In this document: piece after piece, positions 55,079-64,000 of the stretch | Layout of the letters: every line of letters begins with the position of its first letter | How positions within the stretch are numbered: the first letter of the stretch is position 1 | Assembly (NCBI GenBank): GCA_951406725.2 | Contig: OX597838.1 | Span: 20,646,001 to 20,710,000, forward strand | Origin: Octopus vulgaris | Taxonomy: Eukaryota | Length of the DNA: 64,000 nucleotides | Reading direction: 5' to 3' | The notes under the pieces: model-generated | Databases searched by the model: none | Told to the model about the DNA's origin: nothing | Seen by the model: the letters and a program-made list of their open reading frames with translations, nothing else | Program-made: the position numbers and the translations under genes

Positions 55079-56411
55079 TATTATTTATCCGGTTATGCTG
55101 CATACATGAATTCTCGTGGCTCTCTGTCACCACCCAATTCTATTTGAATTGGGGAGCTTGAGTTATGGTGAATCTTTCTTTCATTAGCTGATTACACAAT
55201 CATGGAGACTGTTCCTATGGATATGTTGCAGTTACTCTCGATGAAGAGCTTGGTCGAACAAAGCCTTGAGAGGGGATTTGGTAGACAGAAACTGAAAGGC
55301 AGCGAGCTGGCAGAAACGTTAGCATGCCAGGCGAAATGCCTAGCATTATTTTGTCTGCCGTTACGTTCTGAGTTCAGATTCCGACGAGATCAACTTTGCC
55401 TTTCATCCTTTCAGGGTCGATTAAATAAGTACCAGTTACACACACTGGGGACAATATAATCAACTTAATCCGTTTGTCTGTCCTTGTTTGTCCCTTCTGT
55501 GTTTAGCCCCTTGTGGGTAGTAAAGAAATAGGTATTTTGTCTGCCACTACGTTCTGAGTTAAAATTCCGTTGAGGTCGACTTTGCCTTTCATCCTTTTGG
55601 GGTTAATAAATTAAGTACCAGTTATGCACTGTGGTTGATCTAATCGACTTAATCCCTTTGACCTTGTTTTTCCCCTCTATGTTTAGCCCCTTGTTGGCAA
55701 TAAAAAAAAAAAACTGAAAGAAGCCTATCGTGTGTGTGTGTGTTTGTCTCCCACTACTGCTTGATGTATTTACATCCCCGTAACTTAGCAGTTTGGCAAA
55801 GGAGACCAATAGAATAAATATCAGACTTAAAAAAATTAGTACTGGGGTTGATTCATTCGATTAAAAATTCTTGAAGGCTGTGCCCCAGCATGGCCACGGT
55901 CTAATGACTGAAACAAGTAAAAAGTGATGTATGCTTTGTTCAATTGACAATTAGCCTTTCCCTTCTTTGGCTGTAGTTCTTCTGTAGTAGACTGTTAGAT
56001 ATGGCTGAAGACTTGGTCTTTTATTCAATTGTGTTATATATCTGGAAATTTGCTGGTTCTTATCAAGCTTCCTTTGCTGCTGTTGGATCTTGGTGGCTAA
56101 TATGTTTCCTGTTGAAGAATGTGCAACATATTAAGAGATATCACCATTTTTAAACCAAACATTTGAGATGGAAAAAAAAAAGTACATATTCTTGGATAAA
56201 TGACTGTTAGGTAGCAACATTAATGTAGTCCTAGTCAGGATAGATCTAGCAGACTTAGTGTATCTAGGACTACATTATCCAATGTGTCCACCCTTTTTAA
56301 AGACAGTAATTGAGATACAGTTAACGATACTTGCTAGGTCTCAGCTTGGGCCTACCTAACACACATTCTGAGCAGACTAGGTTATTTAACATTTAAACCT
56401 TGTGTGTGTGT

Positions 56412-56452
<41 letters not shown>

Positions 56453-59205
56453 GGTGGCGAGCTGGCAGAAACGTTAGGGCGCCAGGCGAAATGCATAGCG
56501 GTATTTTGTCTGTTGTTACGTTCTGAGTTCAAATTCCGCCGAGGTAGACTTTGCCTTTCATCCTTTCGGGGTCGATAAATTAAGTACCAGTTTCGCACTG
56601 GGGTCAATGTAATTGACTTAATCCCTTTGTCTATCCTTGTTTGTCCCCTCTATGTTTAGCTCCTTGTGGGTAGTAAAGAAATATATATGTACACACATGT
56701 GTTGAAGGCAAATGGCTTAGTGAGTAGGGTATTTGGCTGTCAATCATAAGGTCATCAGTTCAATTCCCATTGGAGCATTCTGTCCTTGAGCACTTTATTT
56801 TATATGTTTCTCCAGTTCACTCATCTAGCAAAAACGGGTAGTACCTGTATTTCAAAGGGCCAGCTTTGTCACATTCTGTGTCATTCTGAATCTCCCTGAG
56901 AACTACGTTAAGGATAGACGTGTCTGTGGAGTGCTCAGCCACTTGCACGTTACTTTCACGAGCAAGGTGTTCCGTTGATTGACTCAACTGGAACCCATGT
57001 TGTCACAACCAATGCCAGTTATTTAAACCAGCCATATCTGGCCGAATATTCTACCTGATCCATGTTCAAACTGGCCAGATCTGCACTTCAATGCCTATCC
57101 TACAACGTCATTCTAAAAATAAACAAGCATAATCTCAAAATCTGAAGCTACAAGATAATGGCATGATAAACACAAAACTGTGTGAATAAATAATGAATAA
57201 GCATTACAATTGACAAAGTAATCTAAATGCTAAAGGGTTAAAGAAAAGTGTACTCAATTACAGGAAATACCATTTTATATTATAAATGGTGGGTATAGAT
57301 GTAACAGTGATTTATCTAGTCCAAGTCAGGATAGATTTAAGCCTTTAGCATTTAAACTGTATGTATGTGTGTGTGTGTGTGTGTGTGGAGCAGCTGGCTG
57401 TAGAAAAAATCTGACTTGACAAATTCCATTTAACCCACAGAAACATGTAAAAGTTGACACTAAATGGTGATGATGACTGTCCCTAGTTCAATCTTTTTCC
57501 CTCATCAATCTAACACTCCCCTGTAGGAGGGTGTTGTGGGTAAGTTTTATCATAAACTGACACAACTAAGGAGGCTGTCGGTGTAATGGTAGCACATCAA
57601 ATATTTCATTAGGAGTTGGTTTGATTCCCCATTGTCTCTAAAGGCTAACCTGCTTTTCAATGGTGGTGCTTCAGTATGGCTGAAACTAGTTAGGTTTTTT
57701 TTTTTCCCCTTCTTGGCACACATGCCGGTGGCGCGTGAAAAAACATTCGAGCAAGGTTGTTGCCAGTGCTGCTGGACTAGCTCCTGTGCAGGTGGCATGT
57801 AAAAAGCACCATTTGAGCATGGCTGTTGCCAGTACCACCTGACTGGACCTTGTGTCGGTGGCACGTAAAAGCACCCACTACACTTTCAGAGTGGTTGGTG
57901 TTAGGAAGGGCATCCATCTGTAGAAACTCTGCCATATCAGATTGGAGCCTGGTGCAGCCATCTGGTTCACCAGACTTCAGTCAAATCGTCCAACCCATGC
58001 TAGCAGGGAAAGCGGACGTTAAATGATGATGATGATGAGGAGGAAGAGGTTAACAAGACCAGAGTACACAAAGCTACAGGTATGTTACTGGAAAAGCAGT
58101 GTAGAAAGCTAAAGGTGTAACCAAAAGAACAAAGAGTACACAGGCTGAGTAACCAGCAGAACCATTTGTACACGAACTATATGTGTATCTGAGAGTATAG
58201 GGACTACAAGACAGAAGTGTAAGCATACAGGAGTGTGATGAGATATAACAGGAGTTACGTCATAATGGTTAGATAGTGGTTTATTTGCACTAGTGGTAGT
58301 CTACAGGAAGTGAGATTAGTAACAAACTATTATCGTCATTGTTCGTTAACGTCCATTTTCCATGCTGGCATGGGTTCGACGTTTTGACCAGAGCTGGCAA
58401 GCCAGAGAGCTGCACCAGGTTCTAGTCTGATTTGGTATGGTTTCTATGGCTGGATGCCCTTCCTAATGCCGACCACTTCACAATGAATGCTGGTATGGTG
58501 TGGTACTGGTATGAGTGTATTGAAATGTCGTGTAGGTAATGGATTGGTAGTATTATTAGAACCTTAAGGCGGAAAGCTGGCAGAATCGTTAATACGCTGG
58601 ACAAATTGCTTAGTGGTATTTTGCCTGTTGCTACGTTCCGAGTTCAAGTTCTGCCGAGGTTGACTTTGTCTTTCATCCTTTCAAGGTCGATAAATTAAGT
58701 ACCGGTGAAACACTGGGGTCGATGAGATCGACTAGCCCCCTCCCCCCAAATTTCAGGCCTTGCGCCTATAGTAGAAAGGAGTGTTATTAGAGCCTTGCAG
58801 TCTTTGTTTCAGCTGTTTATAACTTTGTGAGTGGATTTGGTAGACGGAAACTGAAAGAAGCCTGTCGTATATGTGTGTGTGTGTATATATATATATGTAT
58901 GTTTGTGTGTCTCTGTTTGTCACCCCAACATCACTTGACAACTGATGGTGGTGTGTTTACGTCCCTGTAACTTAGCGGTTCGGCAAAAGAGACCGATAGA
59001 ATAAGTAGTAGGCTTACAAAGAATAAGTCCTGGGGTTCATTTGCTTGACTAAAGGCAGTGCTCCAGCATGGCCACAGTCAAATGACTGAAACAAGTAAAA
59101 GAGTAAAACAGAAATCCTCTGGAGAGGACCTTTGCTGATAAACAGTGAGCCCTGATTGCCAGAGACCTTAATAATTCTATGAGAGTACTGAGAGGTGATG
59201 TGGTA

Positions 59206-59262
<57 letters not shown>

Positions 59263-59833
59263 TTCCCTGGATGGGATGCTGGTCTGTTGCAGGCTTACTC
59301 CTTTTTTACCAGCTGGAGCAATGTGAAATGAAGTTCTTTGCTCATTCCAGGAATCGAAACCACAGTCTTCCACTCACGAGTCCAACACCCTAACCACTAA
59401 GCCATGCTCTTCTCCACGCCTTTAAAATGAAGTGCATGTTTATTGGTTTAACATTTAAAAACCTACGTATATCCAGTTATAATAACGGGTTATTAGTATT
59501 GCTGTGCCTGAGCAAAATCTTACATACGAACTGTTTTACGTCTATTTTTATTTCTGTTTCCATGGCAACTTGTGTAGGTTGATTTTCTTTTGTTTGTAGC
59601 CTTGGGCATTGTAATGCTTGAGGAACTAATCTTTATTACTTGCTACTATTTGCGTTGCTAATTGCTCAGCCATAATGTAGTCCTAATAGTTGCAGTGGTG
59701 GTGTTGTCTTAGCAGATTGAGTGAGGCAAGCTACAATACTTGTCAGACCTAATTTATTTTGTTAGTTGTCCAACGAAATAGCTGTTGAGACTTGTGAGTG
59801 TGTGTGAAATTGTTAAAGTTGTTAGACTTTTAA

Positions 59834-60390
59834 CCCTTTCGTTACTGTATTTATTTTGAGATGCTCTGTGTTTCTTTCAATTACTTTAAATACAACAAAG
59901 AATTTAGTAAAATAACTTAGTTATCATTCAGCTAGTGTTAGGAACATAAATTGTGACTAAGGTTTGGTGGAAGATTTTAATTCAGAACTTCTGAAAACAA
60001 GACATTTGTACTCAGAGCCAGAGCCAGTTTCAGCCAGGTTGGTATCAAAAGGATTAAATATAACAAAGAATTTAGTAAAATAAATTAGTTGTCATTAAGC
60101 TAGTGTTAGGAACATAAATTGCGACTAAGGTTTGGTGGAAGATTTTAATTCAGAACTTCTGAAAACAAGACATTTGTACTCAGAGCTAGAGCCAGTTTCA
60201 GCCAGGTTGGTATCAAAAGGGTTAAATATAACAAAGAATTTAGTAAAATAAATTAGTTGTCATTAAGCTAGTGTTAGGAACATAAATTGCGACTAAGGTT
60301 TGGTGGAAGATTTTAATTCAAAACTTCTGAAAACAAGACATTTGTATTACAGAGTCAGAGCTGGTTTCTGATGGATTGGTAACAAAAGGG
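59834..60390. mobile_element. TTAA MITE with an internally triplicated ~169-bp right part
   Basis: One left end is followed by three copies of aaatayaacaaagaatttag...ggtatcaaaagg(g/a)ttaa. Confidence 0.85.
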
Positions 60391-60509
60391 TTAAAGAATC
60401 GCTTGTGTTATTCAATCTCTTTGTGCTCCTGAGTTTAAATTCCACAGAGATAAAGTTTGATTTATATTCTTTGGTAAACAGAAACTAACCATTTGCCCGT
60501 CCTGTATAG

Positions 60510-60699
60510 CAGTGCTTCACAACTTTTTTTTCACTTGTGGTACACTTGTATTCTTTCCAAAATTCAACAACACACCTGAAGTAAAAATATAACTAAAAGT
60601 ATAGGGAAAAATAAAATTTTATTCAGGTTACACTGTGGCGCACCTGGCATCATCTTGTGACACACTAGTGTGTCGCAGCATACTGGTTGCGGAGCACTG
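60510..60699. mobile_element. hAT-type MITE
   Basis: TIRs CAGTGCTTCACAAC and GTTGCGGAGCACTG, with an imperfect 8-bp TSD (CTGTATAG / CTGTATCT). Confidence 0.7.
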
Positions 60700-61129
60700 C
60701 TGTATCTCTTTGTCCTAGCCTCATATATGATGCTGATTGCCAATTTTTCCAACCACCAGGCACTTATGAAAGGAAAGCTTGATAGCACTGCATCCTTCAA
60801 AACTTCCGTGCTTCTTGAGATTCGCCAACACTACACCTGATTTTCTCCCCATACACACTCCCCCCCACCTGTCGATCTCAAAAGACCATGGATCTGCACC
60901 GGGGGAATTTTTGTGTCAGCTGCTGATGGTGGTGCAGTGTCTGCTGTGACCGCACAGGTCCACACGGGAGTGGCAGTCTTGCATGAAGTGACTGCATTTG
61001 AAGAAGCTCTCCACCAGCAGCACTACTGACTTCTCCTATCTTTGAGCACATTTTTCGTTGGCAAGTTGCAGTTTCTCATTTTTTTCTCACCCCATCCCCT
61101 TGCATAGTACTTGTCACACACACTCAAAC

Positions 61130-61300
61130 ACTACTACTACTATTCCTCTACGAAGCTGAGGTATGACCCCACAATGGAGTATTGTTCCTTCATCTGGGGC
61201 AGTGTTGCTACTATACCCGGACATCCCAGATTACACCCAAGGAAAAGCCATTTAAATGATTGAGTCGCTTGATGTTGCTTTAAACCACACTCCAACCACA
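61130..61300 (+). mobile_element. Heavily decayed LINE fragment
   Basis: LLFLYEAEV*...PTMEYCSFIWG resembles the post-RT motif LYKxxVRPxMEYCSxxW. Confidence 0.5.
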
Positions 61301-63286
61301 GGCCTATAGACATTCTTGCCTTTTCTTTCATTCAAACTAAAGCCTCTACTAGTGAGAATTGGCTTGTCTACTGCCATCGTCATTCAGGCATTCCAAACTC
61401 ACTTATCACTCTATACTTGTCACTCATATTTTCTCTCTCTTTCTCTCTACTCTCTATCTGGCCCTGTGTTAACAGTTGTACAGTGGAGGCGCAATGGCCC
61501 AGTGGTTAGGGCAGCAGATTCGCGGTCATAGGATCGTGGTTTCGATTCCCAGACCGGGCGTTGTGAGTGTTTATTGAGCGAAAACACGTTAATTTCACGA
61601 GCAGGCTGTTCCGTTGATTCGGATCAACCGGAACCCTCGTCGTCGTAACCGACGGAGTGCTTCCACAACTGTTGTACAGTCCTTCTTCTCTATTATGGCA
61701 TCCCTCTGGAAATTCTTTTCCTGCATATGTTTGTTCTGCAGCTGTTTGTTGACTTGCAACTGTTCACATGAAACATTTACTGCATCAGTTTCAGAGGCCA
61801 TGAAAACAGCTATTTCCTCCACATTAGACCAATAATAATAATAATAATAATAATAATTCTCCTTTCTACAATAGGCACAAGGCCTGAAGTTTGGTGTAGA
61901 GGGATAGTTGATTACATCGACCCCAGTCCTCAACTGTTACTTATTTTATCGACCCCCAAAAGGATAAAAGGTAAAGTCGACCTCAGCGGAATTTGAACTC
62001 AGAATGTTAAAGACCTTGAAAATGCCACTAAACATTTTACCTGGGGTGCTAACGATTCTGCCAGCTTGCTGCCTTAAATAATAATAATAATAATGACGAC
62101 AATGTTGATGGTGATCTTTTTTACTATAGGCACAAGGTCTGGATTTTGAGAGATGGGGGTCTAATTGATTACATCAACACCAGACTGATAGTTATTTTAC
62201 TGACCCTGAAAAGACGAAAGGCAAAGTTGGCCTTAGAATTTTATTAATGTGGACTAACCATTATAGTTGCAATCAGGTTTAGTGTTGTTGTCTGTTGTTT
62301 AGCATCAGGTCAGCCCTGATCAAATGACCCCATTTTTAATCTCTGTCCTTGTGTTGTTTCAATTTAACTCTGACCATGCAAATAGCCCTGATCAAGCATG
62401 CACCTGTGGTTCAAAAGTCGAGGTCCTTCTGTGTTACAGTGTAGTGGTCTATGTTCTGTTTTCTCCTTTGGTCTACCCCCATCTATCAAGGTTTTCTGGT
62501 TGTTGCATCTCTGGTCCAACAGTGTTTGGAATAAATTAGGTTATTGATTCGTGTGTGAAAGTGTTTTGTTTCAGTCCATGGATTGTGGCCATGCTGGGGC
62601 ACTGCCCTGAAGAGTGTAGTCAAACAGATCGACCCCAGTGCTTATTATTGTTTTGTTTTTTTTAAAGTGTGGTACTTATTCTGTAAGTCTCTTTTGCTGA
62701 ACTGTTAAGTTATGGGGACTGTAAACAAACCAACACTGGTTGTCAAGCAGTGGTGGTGGGGGCAAAGATAGAAGATGTATACATCTATATAAGATAGGCT
62801 TCTTTCAGTTTCCATCTACCAAATCCACTCACAAGGTTTTGGTTGGCCTAGTACTATAGTAGAAGATACTTGCCCAAGGTGCTGCACAGTGGGACTGAAC
62901 CTGAGACTGCTTCTTACCCACACAGCTGCGTGATGAGTTTTATTTTTGTTTAGGGTAACAGGGGTAACAGGTGACGTAGTGTACTAGAGATAGGGGTGGT
63001 AGTTTACTGGACATAGGAAGTGGCCTTGGCTGTGTCTTGTAGGTAGAGAGAGAGTAGTGGTGGTAGTTGTATTTTGGAGGCGGGTAGGAGTGGTGGTGGT
63101 AGTTGTATTTTGGAGGTGGGTAGGAGTGGTAGTGGTGTATTGGGCAGCTGATCTTTCATCTTGTTTGTCATCACACTACAGCCATGCTTGAGCACCACTT
63201 TGAAGGGTTTACTCAAACAAATCAGACTTGTACTTATTCTGTCGGTCTCTTTTGCCAAATTGCTAAGTTACAGACACACACATACA

Positions 63287-63321
<35 letters not shown>

Positions 63322-64000
63322 ACCTCAGCACAGCATGAAGCAAGATTTTAATACCACAAGGAATTGACAGAAGGTCATCATCTTGTGAAGAGCCTGTGGC
63401 TTAATTTGACTCAATACAGGGGAAAGCTCTCTTGGTTAGGACACAGGTAGGATTAATAGTGCTGCCTTCAATAGTAAACGGTGCCTTATCCCATGGTACC
63501 TATTGACTTCTATGCAGAAGTGAGCCATTTACCAGGAAAACAGTATATTAGGCTTTAATCATTTATTAGGAACATAGTACAGTTAAATAGACTGTTATGT
63601 TCCAGGAACAGAAAATGAAGTATTAGTACTAATTTGGTTGGTCACTAGTCTACAATAACGAGAGAGCCTCTGCGTCAGGCATGAATAATCTTTTCCAAGA
63701 AGTGGGCCACATGAATCCTGGTTTGTCGTTAGGCAGGCAGTACTATTAAAAATAAACTTTTCATTTAGGCATGTCTTTCAGGAAGCAGACCACAGGTTGC
63801 TTATTACTGCTCTATGTGGTGGCTCAATCTGCTAGAAATAGTAGTAAAGTCCCCCCCTTCCTAAAAAAAAAAATGAAGGCTCACATAGAATAAAGTGCAG
63901 GATATTGCTAAAAGGACAGATCGGTCATGGCTAGAATGTTTTTGATAAGGCGGCAAGCTGGCAGAAACGTAAGCACACCAGGCGAAATGCTTAGTGGTAT

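Larger units (their letters stand above)
43752..64000 (+). other. SSU72: Next SSU72 intron (incomplete, at least 20.2 kb) with a U12-like donor GTATCCCAG
   Basis: Protein similarity ends here and read-through hits TGA at 43783-43785. I found no intact next exon (expected ...YTQNGILHMLDRN...) in the rest of the window. Confidence 0.8.

Overview
This is eukaryotic, AT-rich, repeat-saturated DNA. The tRNA-derived SINE families, (GAT)n-tailed RTE fragments and huge TA/TG microsatellites point to an octopus (coleoid cephalopod) genome; that assignment is from my recognition of the repeats, not a search. The only host gene I can support is SSU72 (RNA polymerase II CTD phosphatase, + strand), which the ORF track misses. 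Its first coding exon is 11846-11922 ([26 protein letters not shown], with the CX5R active-site loop). A 31.7-kb intron follows, then a 144-nt exon at 43608-43751, then an intron of at least 20 kb that runs off the window. That second intron begins with a minor-spliceosome-like but degenerate donor, GTATCCCAG. A likely promoter (CRE palindrome, ETS-CRE composite, 4 x 55-bp tandem array) lies at about 10.5-10.9 kb. The long Y/I/H/T/C/V/M ORFs are microsatellite artefacts. The best second-look items are the degenerate U12-type donor, a ~150-bp-arm foldback just before the second coding exon, an inverted copy of the putative 5' leader across the promoter, several minimal hammerhead-like motifs in short TA-associated repeats, and two unique hairpin-rich islands in intron 1.
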